DNA of 64,000 bases from Thioploca sp. (GCA_012032555.1 JAAUSR010000006.1:40780-104779); one strand, 5' to 3'. Counted from the stretch's first letter, positions 28,928-39,132 are shown. The notes: generated from the letters alone by a model not told the origin. Numbers and translations are program-made.

Positions 28928-31831
28928 TTGCCTACTATGAATTTACCGCCAACTTTCTCTGAATTACCCACATTATTGCAACCAGAAGTCGAGCGTTTAT
29001 GGCAAGACTATCTTGCTCATGCCAGCGTTGAAGATCAAGCGCAATTAGAACAACAATCGCTCATTTTGGCAACCTTACCGTTGGTTTGGGCAGTGAGTTT
29101 ATTTATTGCAAAAAATTGTGTGCAATACCCTAACCTCTTGACTGAATTGATTAGCAGTGGTGATTTATTAACCATACCAGATAATTATCCCCATCATTTA
29201 GATAACCAATTATTAAAGGTGAGTGATGAAGCGAGTTTGATGCGAATATTACGCCGATATCGACGACGAGAAATGATTCGGATTGCTTGGCGTGATTTAG
29301 CCGGTTGGGCTTCTTTAGAAGAAACTTTAAAATCATTATCAGATTTAGCCGATGCAATAATAGCTGCCGCATTAACTTGGCTTTATCTACAATTGACTGC
29401 TCAATTTGGTACACCTTGTGACGAGCATGGACTACCTCAGCCACTGATTGTACTCGCATTAGGTAAGTTAGGCGGGCAAGAGCTTAATTTTTCTTCTGAT
29501 ATCGATTTAATGTTTGCTTATCCCGAAGTGGGTGAAACGAAAGGGGTAAAACGTTCACAGACTAACCAAGAATTTTTTGTCCGGTTAGCCCAGCAACTGA
29601 TTCACACTTTAAATCACCTTACCGCAGATGGCTTCGTTTTTCGGGTTGATATGCGATTAAGACCGTTTGGTGAGAGTGGACCTTTGGTGATGAATTTTGC
29701 TGGGATGGAGGAATACTATCAAGCTCATGCTCGTGATTGGGAACGTTATGCTTTAGTGAAAGCACGAGTTGCGGCGGGTTATCAGCCAGCGGGGCAAGTT
29801 TTACTGAAAACCTTACGTCCCTTTGTTTATCGCCGCTATCTCGATTTTAATGCGTTTGAAGCGTTACGCAATATGAAAGCCTTAATTGATCAAGAAACTA
29901 GTCGTAAAGGACTGAATAGTAATATCAAATTGGGAACAGGGGGAATTCGGGAAATTGAATTTATTTGTCAAGTATTTCAACTCATCCGTGGTGGACGACA
30001 ACCGGCTTTACAACAGCGACATCTACTCACAATCTTAATGCAGTTAGAACAATATCAAATCCTGGCTGCGGAAACAGCCCAGCACTTGCGCAATGCCTAT
30101 CGATTTTTACGAATAACCGAAAATCATCTCCAAGCCATTGAAGACCGCCAAACTCAGACTTTACCAGAAGATGTTTTAAATCAAATCCGACTCGCTTATA
30201 GTATGGGTTTTGTGGATTGGAATCACTTTATTGCTCAACTTCTCTCTCACCAACAAAAAGTCCACCTTGAGTTTGAACAAGTGATTGCACCCATATCAGC
30301 TACTAAATCCTTACCCACCGCTCATCAATCAAATCGGTGGCAAACACTTTGGATAGAAGATTTACATAAAGCGGAGCAAGCCGAATTTTTGTTAATTCAA
30401 GCCGGTTTTCAAGACGCCACCCAGGTATTAACTCATTTACAACAATTAGTTAATTCCTATAGCGTCAAGAAGTTAACTCAACGGGGGCGAGAACGCTTAG
30501 ATACCTTAATTCCGTTGCTCCTGGCTGCCGTCGTTGAACAACCTAATCAAGATGAGGCTATTCATCGCATTTTACAATTAATTGAATCCATTGCTCAACG
30601 TGGTGTTTATCTGACTTTATTAATAGAACGCCCACTAGTTTTAAAACAATTGGTTAAATTATGTGCTCAAAGTGCTTGGATTGCGGAACAGATCACCCGT
30701 TATCCTTTATTGTTAGATGAATTACTTGACTCACGTCGTCTTTATGATCCGCTGAAACCGGAGGAATTAGATAATGCGCTCCAAGCCCAGTTGGCTCATT
30801 TACCCACAGATGATTTAGAAATGCAGATGGATAGTCTGCGACATTTTAAACGTGCTCAGGTTTTACATATTGCCGCTGCAGAAATCACTGGAAATTTAAC
30901 TGTCGAAGTCACGAGTGATTATTTATCTGCGATAGCGGATTGTTTAATAAGGAAATCTTTGGCAGTTGCTTGGGATTATCTTACCCAACAATATGGACAG
31001 CCCTGGTATTCTGATGATGAACAACGCCACTTAGCGGGTTTTTGTATCGTTGGCTATGGCAAAGCCGGTGGGATCGAATTAAGTTATAGCTCTGATTTAG
31101 ATATTGTTTTTTTACACAACAGTCATGGTCATCAACAACTGACAGATGGTAATAAAGCATTAGATAATAATGTATTTTTTGTACGGTTAGCACAACGAAT
31201 TATTCACCTCCTCACGACTAATACGCCAGCTGGCATCCTATATGAAGTTGATTCACGATTACGTCCTGGCGGTAATTCTGGATTATTAGTTAGTAGTTTA
31301 GATGCTTTTAATCACTATCAACAACGATCGGCTTGGACCTGGGAACATCAAGCGCTTATTCGTGCGCGCGCGATTGCCGGTGATGCTCAATGTATGGCTC
31401 AATTTGAAAAGATTCGCCGTAATATTTTAAGATTATCTCGGGATCCGCAATCCGTTAAACAAGACATTGTTGAGATGAGGAACAAAATGCGTGATACGCT
31501 AGATAAGAGTACCAAAAGCCAGTTTGATATCAAACAAGGTGTTGGTGGTGTCACTGATATTGAATTTCTGATTCAATATGGTGTATTACGTTGGGCAGCA
31601 ACTTATCCGAGTTTACTCGATACGACTGGCATGTTGCCGCTGTTACGTCGGTTTGCTGAATATCAATTAGTTGATGAAATCGCTTGTGAACAATTGAGTA
31701 TAGCTTTTCGAACTTATCGTGCCGAAATTCATCGTCTCGCTTTACAAAATCAAGCAGCTCTCATTGAAAATGAGAGTTTTATTGAACAGCGACAACAAGT
31801 GAAACATTGGTGGGTAGTCATGATGGAATAA
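28928..31831 (+). CDS. glnE: bifunctional glutamine synthetase adenylyltransferase / adenylyl-removing enzyme
   Basis: 967 aa with two nucleotidyltransferase modules (GKLGGQELNFSSDIDLMF and GYGKAGGIELSYSSDLDIVFL). Confidence 0.9.
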   Translation: MPTMNLPPTFSELPTLLQPEVERLWQDYLAHASVEDQAQLEQQSLILATLPLVWAVSLFIAKNCVQYPNLLTELISSGDLLTIPDNYPHHLDNQLLKVSDEASLMRILRRYRRREMIRIAWRDLAGWASLEETLKSLSDLADAIIAAALTWLYLQLTAQFGTPCDEHGLPQPLIVLALGKLGGQELNFSSDIDLMFAYPEVGETKGVKRSQTNQEFFVRLAQQLIHTLNHLTADGFVFRVDMRLRPFGESGPLVMNFAGMEEYYQAHARDWERYALVKARVAAGYQPAGQVLLKTLRPFVYRRYLDFNAFEALRNMKALIDQETSRKGLNSNIKLGTGGIREIEFICQVFQLIRGGRQPALQQRHLLTILMQLEQYQILAAETAQHLRNAYRFLRITENHLQAIEDRQTQTLPEDVLNQIRLAYSMGFVDWNHFIAQLLSHQQKVHLEFEQVIAPISATKSLPTAHQSNRWQTLWIEDLHKAEQAEFLLIQAGFQDATQVLTHLQQLVNSYSVKKLTQRGRERLDTLIPLLLAAVVEQPNQDEAIHRILQLIESIAQRGVYLTLLIERPLVLKQLVKLCAQSAWIAEQITRYPLLLDELLDSRRLYDPLKPEELDNALQAQLAHLPTDDLEMQMDSLRHFKRAQVLHIAAAEITGNLTVEVTSDYLSAIADCLIRKSLAVAWDYLTQQYGQPWYSDDEQRHLAGFCIVGYGKAGGIELSYSSDLDIVFLHNSHGHQQLTDGNKALDNNVFFVRLAQRIIHLLTTNTPAGILYEVDSRLRPGGNSGLLVSSLDAFNHYQQRSAWTWEHQALIRARAIAGDAQCMAQFEKIRRNILRLSRDPQSVKQDIVEMRNKMRDTLDKSTKSQFDIKQGVGGVTDIEFLIQYGVLRWAATYPSLLDTTGMLPLLRRFAEYQLVDEIACEQLSIAFRTYRAEIHRLALQNQAALIENESFIEQRQQVKHWWVVMME

Positions 31832-31886
31832 TTGACTCAATTGCTCATTTCAAATTTGAACTCACTTAGAGTTAATGAAATAGCAA

Positions 31887-32342
31887 TTATTGACAAGCAG
31901 ATTTATCCGATTTTTTTAGAAAATAGGAATTAACCCAACCTTTCGTATTTTTATATCGTACCATTATCCATTTCTGACTATTTGAGGCATAAGATTGGTC
32001 TAATTGAGGCAAACAATTCTCATTGGGTGGAATTTGACCGACTTGACGACCATAATGAGAAGCCGTATCACGCATATTTAAGACATCATTTGTAGATACA
32101 TTAATTACTTTATAATATCGGTTTGGACATTCGCCACGCGGCAATTGACGTAAGTGATATAAGTTAACCCAACCTCTAACTCCTTTATAGGTAATTGAAA
32201 CCCAGGTTTGAGCGTTTTTTTCTCGAAGTTGGTTTAAATAAACAACACAAGATTGATGAGGTGGGATATACCCCATTTTACGACTTTGAGGACTTGGAAA
32301 CTCGCGAATATAAAGCACATCATCTTCTACTACATTGATCAC
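31887..32342 (-). CDS. tandem SH3b-domain protein, apparently cut off from its own signal peptide by a frameshift
   Basis: Two copies of the pattern NVRxxPSxxxxxxGxIPPxxxC...WVxVxYKGxxGWVNxxxL. The track ORF starts at GTG 32342. A signal-peptide ORF (ATG 32473, RBS aagga) ends at 32343 in another frame. Confidence 0.6.
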   Translation of the reverse strand: MINVVEDDVLYIREFPSPQSRKMGYIPPHQSCVVYLNQLREKNAQTWVSITYKGVRGWVNLYHLRQLPRGECPNRYYKVINVSTNDVLNMRDTASHYGRQVGQIPPNENCLPQLDQSYASNSQKWIMVRYKNTKGWVNSYFLKKSDKSACQ

Positions 32343-32887
32343 TTCAAAAAAATTAAAGCAGTCTTATCATAAAGATCATCCACTTTAGCATAAGAATTGC
32401 CCCACCAACCTATTAATATCGTTACTATGGTTAATAATTGAATGAGTCTCTGTAACTTGAATACTAATAACATAATTAATTCCTTATGGATGAAGAAATG
32501 AACTCTTCGAGCCAACTTAACCCTAAATCTCTGTTTTATATTATAAATTAAGCATCATGACATGAAAGGATAAAATGAAACAATTCTCTTACTCACTGGC
32601 TATTTCTCGCTGAAATAACCAGAAATAAATAGAATCATGATGATATTTTTTATAGTGAGTTAAAATACAACCAGAAAAAAATGACAAATATTTTCTCAGA
32701 ACTCAGTAAGATAAAGCAAAGTTTAAGCCAAATAACGCCCGCTTGAATGAGTGAAAATATCACTCATCAACTGGTGTTTAGAACCGGTTAAGTTAAAATT
32801 ATTAGTCATTGCTACTTGTTTTGAATTTGATTTATCTTATATGATAAATAAGTGTTTTAAACCATAGAAAAATAATCATTAAAATAG

Positions 32888-33472
32888 CTAAACCTCTAAA
32901 CTAAAATTTTCTACCACCATAAAATCTAGGAGTGCATTCATCAAAGCCATTTTAGAGAATGCTTTTAGATCAGTTAGTTTAATATCTGCTGTTTCAATAT
33001 ATTCGGTTTTTAATAACCGTTCCCGGGTCGTTCCTTTTAATAAAGGTGTTGCGGGTGTTAACCATTTTGTTTGATCCCAAAACGCGATATTAGCAATGGA
33101 GGTATCGGTTACCAACCCATTTCTAATAATCAAAATATCATCTGCTGATCCTTTATGGGCTATTAATTGATTGATTGGAGTTCGATCCAGATATTTAAAA
33201 TCATACACAATAGCATTAGCTTCTATGACTTTGAAACAGTGGAAATTTTTAGCTTCATAACGGTGGTATTCAACTTTTTCAATAGCTCGCTCGTAAATCA
33301 CGCGACAACGATAAACAAAGTCGGTAGACGGAGCTTCAATAGCAGCACCAAGGTTAATCTCATCATCAATCTGAAATAATTGTCGTCGTGACTCATTCAA
33401 CCGTTGCTGGTGAAAGGTTAAAAAGGGTACGGTACCATTGACTATCTTAATCGTTTCTAGTAATTTGCTCAT
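32888..33472 (-). CDS. pabC: aminodeoxychorismate lyase-like class IV aminotransferase-fold protein
   Basis: 194 aa starting LLETIKIVNGTVPFLTFHQQRLNESR, typical of short PabC-like proteins. It overlaps the 3' end of pabB by 26 nt. Confidence 0.6.
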   Translation of the reverse strand: MSKLLETIKIVNGTVPFLTFHQQRLNESRRQLFQIDDEINLGAAIEAPSTDFVYRCRVIYERAIEKVEYHRYEAKNFHCFKVIEANAIVYDFKYLDRTPINQLIAHKGSADDILIIRNGLVTDTSIANIAFWDQTKWLTPATPLLKGTTRERLLKTEYIETADIKLTDLKAFSKMALMNALLDFMVVENFSLEV

Positions 33473-34441
33473 GATAATGAATGGGGAGGTAGATCTTGGC
33501 TAACATTTCTTCATATTCACGGTTAAGATCGCTATCAATTGTAATACCGCTACCACTTTTATAGATTAATTGCTCAGCGTTTTTTTCTATAAAACGGATC
33601 ATCACGGCACTATCTAATTGTTGACCATCAAAATAACCAAATATGCCGGTAAAAAATCCGCGTTGGTAGCCTTCGACAACTTTAATAATTTCAACCGTCT
33701 GTTTTTTGGGTGCACCCGAAATCGAACCAGCGGGTAATAAGGGTAATAATATATCGCCAAGCCGATCCGGCCAATTTTTTTCTAGAACGCCACTAATTTC
33801 GGAACTAACCTGTAGCAATGTTTTATTCCCGGCAATAACGCTATCAATATATCTAAAACGCTTAACACGCACTTGTTTCGCAACAATAGCGAGATCATTT
33901 CTCAGTAAATCGACTACCATCGTATGTTCTGCCATTTCTTTGTTATCGGCTAAGATTTTTTCGCGTGCCTGAGGCAAATTAGCATCAATCGTTCCCTTCA
34001 TCGGATAAGTGGTAATTAAATTATTAGCTATTTTAATAAACCGTTCTGGAGAAAAACTGATAAATCTATCTTGAAAATATAATTTAATGGTGCCTGACTC
34101 CAGCAGAAAATATTCAGTAAATTTGCTGCCTTAATTGCTATTTCAGTGGGAAAAGTTAAATTGAGCAGATAAGTATTACCCGCTATCATTTCGGTAATAA
34201 CTCGGTTAAAGGCTTGTTGATATTGAGCCAAACTGATGATTTTTTTTTTAATTAATTGTGGTTGAATGTTTAGCGGCGGCATAAACGATTTTGGCATAAA
34301 ATTAGTCAAGCCAGCTATCGAAAAATAGATAGATTTGTCTAAGTTTGCTAACGGGGCGATATAGGCATTTTTAACATCGAAATCAATAATAAATAGCAAA
34401 GGGATTCGTTGCCGACCTAGTTCATTTAGTTGATATTGCAT
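33447..34441 (-). pseudogene. pabB: aminodeoxychorismate synthase component I (short form), split by a 1-nt frameshift in an A5 run (34053-34057)
   Basis: Track ORFs 34028..34441 and 33447..34001 belong together. With one extra T in the minus-strand T5 run the junction reads ...NYIFKIDLSVFSPERFIKIANNLITTYPMKGT. Downstream motifs are AGSISGAPK and GYFDG. Confidence 0.75.
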
Positions 34442-34702
34442 ATATTCATTTTATTTTCCACCCGTCTGTATTAAAATTTTGCTAACTCTTAAAGAAGCCG
34501 GTACTGATATCATACTATTCCAAAATTTTTAAACAGACTTAAATATCAGTGTATTACAAAATAGGGTCAACATATACAATCACATGTTTTTATTGGAATA
34601 GTACGAAATCAGTACCTACTTTATTTATTTTAACATTTTTAATAAATGTGGTGTTGTGATATGCGCTATTAAACAATATACCAATAAATTTATGGAATTA
34701 TT

Positions 34703-34939
34703 ATGAAATTAATCGGACGTATTACTATTGATTCGCATATTTGTTATGGTAAACCTTGCGTTCGTCAGTTGCGTTGTCCAGTTGAAAATATTCTAGAATT
34801 ACTAAGCGCCAGCATGAGCATAGTTGAAATAGTAGCTGATGAAGATCTTGAAAAAGAAAATATCTTAGCCGTATTTGCCTATGCGACTCAACTCACTCAG
34901 ATCAAAAAAATCCAAATAGTTGCTCCACGAAATTCCTAG
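34703..34939 (+). CDS. DUF433-family small protein (antitoxin-like)
   Basis: ICYGKPCVRQLRCPVENILELLSASMSIVEI matches the DUF433 core (GKPxIRGTRxPVxxIL...G.S.EEI). Confidence 0.6.
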   Translation: MKLIGRITIDSHICYGKPCVRQLRCPVENILELLSASMSIVEIVADEDLEKENILAVFAYATQLTQIKKIQIVAPRNS

Positions 34940-35134
34940 TAGATGTTCAGTTACCACCACGTTTAGTCTATTGTTGGCAAGATACCGGATTCAAAGCTGT
35001 GCATACGCTGTATTTACCTCATGGTAACCGCACTAAAAACACTTTTGGTTGCACATTTGGAAAAATTTGCAATCTTACTTGAAAAACATAGTGTTATCGA
35101 GTTAAACACCACAGCAATTATCGTTCATATCTAA
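34927..35134 (+). pseudogene. degraded DUF5615 (Mut7-C/PIN-like toxin) gene
   Basis: It reads (T)KFLVDVQLPPRLVYCWQDTGFKAVH, with ACG where the ATG start is expected. A frame change occurs at the A5 run near 35036. The tail TLLVAHLEKFAILLEKHSVIELNTTAIIVHI is present, but the central ~50 residues of the family are missing. Confidence 0.5.
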
Positions 35135-35272
35135 ATCGAAGACCCAGGGCTTCTACCCTTCATTTTTTTCCAAAAGACCTCTCATTCCAAAGGTTACGAA
35201 CTTCACCATTTAGGCAAAACGTTGGGTCAAGATATCTACTAGACGCATACCGTTATGCACGGTTTCGTCGCT

Positions 35273-35295
35273 GTTCACAACCGTCAGTTGTGAAC
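35273..35295 (+). terminator. hairpin with T tail
   Basis: Perfect 9-bp stem gttcacaac / gttgtgaac with loop cgtca, followed by tttca. Confidence 0.35.
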
Positions 35296-35338
35296 TTTCA
35301 CCATGTGGACAGGGGAATGCCATGACAATTAAGCGTCA

Positions 35339-35364
35339 GGTGTGCAACTTCATTTTTGCACACC
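35339..35364. other. perfect 9-bp hairpin 12 nt beyond the nuclease gene stop
   Basis: Stem ggtgtgcaa / ttgcacacc with loop cttcattt. There is no U tract on the minus strand. Confidence 0.3.
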
Positions 35365-35376
35365 GGATCTGACTGT

Positions 35377-35961
35377 TTATTTTACAAGGCTACCATTCCT
35401 TATGTTTTTTTGCTGTTTACGCCATTCCCATGGTGTTTGTTGCAAACCGGGTTGTGACCAAATACCTGATTTAGCAGCTTGAGCCTGCTTTTCCGCCAAT
35501 TCATACTCGGATTTTTTACAGTAATTACGATAAACTGCGGCTTTTCCGGCTTTAACTTGAGCTAGATTTAAGTTAACATTTCCATTATATACTTCACCAA
35601 CAATTCTGCCATAACGATCTTTTTCGATGGCTTTAACTTGCACGGTTTTACCAATAATAGAACGTAAATGATCCCGTGCCTGAATACCCCACGGTGTTTG
35701 CTTAATTTCAGGTGTATCAATACAATACATTCGCACTTTGGTTAGTTCAGATTGATTGGGACATTGTAAAGTTAAGGTATCACCGTCATAAACCTTAGTG
35801 ACTTCGCATTCATCAGACGGCTTTGATAATAATCCCTTTAGCCATTCTTCACTACCCAGTAGAGAAGCGGCAATGAGGAGAATAATAATAAATAAAGGAT
35901 ATTTTTGTTGATGTAAACTTTTAGTTAAAGAAATTAAAGTTATTAATTGTTTTTCATTCAT
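35377..35961 (-). CDS. secreted thermonuclease (staphylococcal nuclease, SNase fold)
   Basis: N-terminal hydrophobic anchor, then VYDGDTLTLQC, RMYCIDTPE and DRYGRIVGEVY. Confidence 0.85.
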   Translation of the reverse strand: MNEKQLITLISLTKSLHQQKYPLFIIILLIAASLLGSEEWLKGLLSKPSDECEVTKVYDGDTLTLQCPNQSELTKVRMYCIDTPEIKQTPWGIQARDHLRSIIGKTVQVKAIEKDRYGRIVGEVYNGNVNLNLAQVKAGKAAVYRNYCKKSEYELAEKQAQAAKSGIWSQPGLQQTPWEWRKQQKNIRNGSLVK

Positions 35962-35992
35962 TGCTATCAGTCTCTCAATAAAATAAATAATT

Positions 35993-36778
35993 ATGATTTT
36001 TCACTCGCGCCGCCCGCGTTTAGGTCAACATTTTCTCCATGAAAAAGAAGTTATTCAGCGGATTATTACAGCTATTGCCCCGCAACCAGGGCAACATTTA
36101 GTGGAAATTGGTCCCGGTAAAGGCGCATTAACTTTCCCTTTATTGCAACAGCGCTGTCAATTGGAAGTAATAGAATTGGATACTACACTGGTCCAATTAC
36201 TTAAACAAAAAACTATTAACACTGAACTTTTTCGCCTTCATCATGCTGATGCTTTAAAATTTGATTTTAATCAGTTAATAACCACTCAACCACTACGAAT
36301 TTGTGGTAATTTGCCTTATAACATTTCTACTGTGTTATTATTTCACTTACTCGATTATGCCAATGCTATTCAGGATATGACGTTTATGTTACAAAAAGAA
36401 GTAGTGGAACGGATGGTGGCTGTGCCAAATACGGCTGAATATGGGCGCTTATCCGTCATGTTACAATATCGTTGTCAAATTGAGTTTTTATTTGCAGTTG
36501 CACCACGTAGTTTCTATCCACCACCACAAGTGGATTCCGCTGTCGTACGTCTCGTACCTTATGAAAGTCTACCGGTGATGGTCATTAATCAACAACATTT
36601 TTTCCAAATTGTTACCCAAGCGTTTTCACAGCGGCGTAAAACTTTGCGCAATAGCTTAAAAGGGTTACTTGATACTCAGGAAATAGAAGCGATTGGTATC
36701 GATTCACAAAGACGTGCTGAAACGCTCCAATTACTTGAATTTGCCCAACTAGCTAATTATTTTACCGTGAATAAGTGA
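35993..36778 (+). CDS. rsmA: 16S rRNA (adenine1518/1519-N6)-dimethyltransferase
   Basis: LGQHFLHEK, VEIGPGKGALT and GNLPYNIST motifs. Confidence 0.9.
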   Translation: MIFHSRRPRLGQHFLHEKEVIQRIITAIAPQPGQHLVEIGPGKGALTFPLLQQRCQLEVIELDTTLVQLLKQKTINTELFRLHHADALKFDFNQLITTQPLRICGNLPYNISTVLLFHLLDYANAIQDMTFMLQKEVVERMVAVPNTAEYGRLSVMLQYRCQIEFLFAVAPRSFYPPPQVDSAVVRLVPYESLPVMVINQQHFFQIVTQAFSQRRKTLRNSLKGLLDTQEIEAIGIDSQRRAETLQLLEFAQLANYFTVNK

Positions 36779-36873
36779 CTCGAAAATCAAAGGGGAGTTA
36801 TCTTTTACCTCATTGATATGAAACTATACTCATAACCTATTCAAATAGCTTAAACTTTTATGCGATTGAGGAA

Positions 36874-39000
36874 ATGAAGGATATGATCTTTACCCATATT
36901 AAAAAAATCGAATTACCTAAGACAGCGAAACTAGGCGAAGGCTTTACTGTTACTATGGTAGCTAATGGTGAAGTTCCTTTTCCACAACTCATTGTACGCC
37001 ATGCAGAGGGTTGGCAATGGATTGTTAAGGAACAGCAAGTCACTTATAAAGGTAAAGGACGTTATCAATTCCACGTCCCACCTGAAGCCTATCATGCTGG
37101 TACCGCCTACTTACAAATTGAAGGTTGTCGCGTTGCCAACCTAAGTGTAGCACATCCAGAAGATTGGGTTATTACTCATCGAGAGTTGCAAATCGTTGGC
37201 ACACAATCAATTGAACAATTCGTGCCGGCTCCTACTCCAACTATAACTATTGGTGAGTCACTTCAACCCGTTATTTATTTCGGTATCCATAAACACATGC
37301 ATCAACCCTATTATAATGCTACCGAAACCGACGCTTGGGATGGTGATAAAGATAGCATTTTTGGTCAACGAGCTGCTGCTTACAGCCGATTCATTCCCGC
37401 TGCGATAAGGCAATACCTAGACGGTGGTTTAGCGCATGCGGGTTTGTCTACGAGTTGGTCTGGTTCCTTGATAGAACAACTCCACCGTTGTGCAGAAACT
37501 GGACGAGGGCAAGGTGCTTTTGGTCATTGGCATCATGAGTTGCGGCATATTGCGGAAGCTAAAACCGCCTTAGGTAATCCACGAGTAGATTTTACCGCGT
37601 TTGGTTTCTTTCATCCACTCATGGCATTAATTCCTGGGCGAGATATCGTCGGACAAATTGAATGGCATCGCCATATTATCCGCCACACGTTTGGCGTAGA
37701 GAGTAGTGATATTTTATTTCCGCCGGAAACGGCTTTTCACCCGCATATGATTCCGGCCTTGAAACAGGCGGGGGTTAATGTCGTTATTTATGATTCGATT
37801 CACCACTTCCGGGCTTGTAAAGATTATCCTTATGCTGGACCCACCGAAGGCTTGTTACCGCCTAATTTAGCCGATCAAGAAAATTCAACGGTTCATGATT
37901 GGTTACAACTTCATGGCGTTTGGGCACCGAGTAAAATTTCTCCACAATTGTTAAAACCGAGTATCCTTTATTATGTGGATCACGAAGGGCAACGCCATGA
38001 AATGATTGGGGTACCAGCAGAACGTTATCTCGGTAATGAAGATGCCCGTGGTGGTTATGGTGCGTTACAGTACGAAATTGTGATGGGTCAAATTTATGAC
38101 CAAATTTGTCAAACTAATAGTTATGATCCTAAACACCCGCCTTTTTTCATTCTTCATTCCGATGGCGATAATTATGGTGGTGGTGCTGAAAGCTATTACA
38201 CTAATAACACAGGACGATTAGTACAAATGTGTCAACATGACCTGCGGTTTCAGTTAATTACTATTAAAGATTATTTGAGCCGATTTACGGTTGATTCCAA
38301 TAATACGATTCATGTTGAACCCGGTGCTTGGTCAGGTGCTGATAATGGCGATCCCCAATTTACCAAATGGTTTTCTTGGGCAGAAAAAGATTATTCACCA
38401 GATCTGAATAGTTGGGCAGTATTAACTGCTTTTCAAAATGTGGTACATAGTCTTGAAGATATTCAATTAGATACAGAATTTGTCAATACACTCAAGCGTT
38501 TACTTTACACAGCTGAAACGAGTTGTTACTGGTATTGGACGGGACAATCTGGATGGGATGGCCAAGTAACACAGGCGGCCAATAAAGGCATGACTATGGC
38601 GCAAACCGCGATAGGTAATCTATTGAAAACCAAACAGGATAAAACTGGTCCCACTATCTTTGTTCCTTGGGTTCGTCCAGCTAATCCGGGTGGTAAAGAT
38701 TGGGGACAAGGTGGATTAGTAAACGCAGCACCTCAAGCAACTTTCCATACTTTTGTTTATGATATCTCTGGTATTAAGAGAGTAACTTTACATTACCAAA
38801 AAGTAGAGAGTCAAACTAAAAAAAGGGTAGCTATGGAAAATAAAGGAGGTTATCCATCACAAACTCACCCCGTTATCATTGCTAATCTATATCAAACTAT
38901 TTTACCCGCCGGTACCGGCAATATCCGTTATTTTATTGAAGCTGTTGATAAAAGGGGTAATGTTTCTTATAGTCCGGTGGGTCGAATTCATATTGCATAA
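36874..39000 (+). CDS. glycoside hydrolase family 57 enzyme with extra N- and C-terminal beta-rich domains
   Basis: GH57 signature blocks IHKHMHQPYYNA, FPPETAF (candidate catalytic Glu) and HSDGDNYGGG (candidate catalytic Asp). RBS gagga lies before the ATG. Confidence 0.7.
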   Translation: MKDMIFTHIKKIELPKTAKLGEGFTVTMVANGEVPFPQLIVRHAEGWQWIVKEQQVTYKGKGRYQFHVPPEAYHAGTAYLQIEGCRVANLSVAHPEDWVITHRELQIVGTQSIEQFVPAPTPTITIGESLQPVIYFGIHKHMHQPYYNATETDAWDGDKDSIFGQRAAAYSRFIPAAIRQYLDGGLAHAGLSTSWSGSLIEQLHRCAETGRGQGAFGHWHHELRHIAEAKTALGNPRVDFTAFGFFHPLMALIPGRDIVGQIEWHRHIIRHTFGVESSDILFPPETAFHPHMIPALKQAGVNVVIYDSIHHFRACKDYPYAGPTEGLLPPNLADQENSTVHDWLQLHGVWAPSKISPQLLKPSILYYVDHEGQRHEMIGVPAERYLGNEDARGGYGALQYEIVMGQIYDQICQTNSYDPKHPPFFILHSDGDNYGGGAESYYTNNTGRLVQMCQHDLRFQLITIKDYLSRFTVDSNNTIHVEPGAWSGADNGDPQFTKWFSWAEKDYSPDLNSWAVLTAFQNVVHSLEDIQLDTEFVNTLKRLLYTAETSCYWYWTGQSGWDGQVTQAANKGMTMAQTAIGNLLKTKQDKTGPTIFVPWVRPANPGGKDWGQGGLVNAAPQATFHTFVYDISGIKRVTLHYQKVESQTKKRVAMENKGGYPSQTHPVIIANLYQTILPAGTGNIRYFIEAVDKRGNVSYSPVGRIHIA

Positions 39001-39070
39001 TAAGGCAGAGGAAGTACTATGTAGATCGATAATCTTTTACAGAATCTTTATAATAAGAATACTAACAGTG

Positions 39071-39088
39071 GCGGGAAAGGATTCCCGC
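39071..39088 (+). terminator. short GC-rich hairpin 70 nt after the GH57 stop
   Basis: Stem gcgggaa / ttcccgc with loop agga. No clear U tract follows. Confidence 0.3.
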
Positions 39089-39132
39089 TCAACCAGTTAA
39101 CATTATTGAAACGAGTACCTATCATTTATTAT

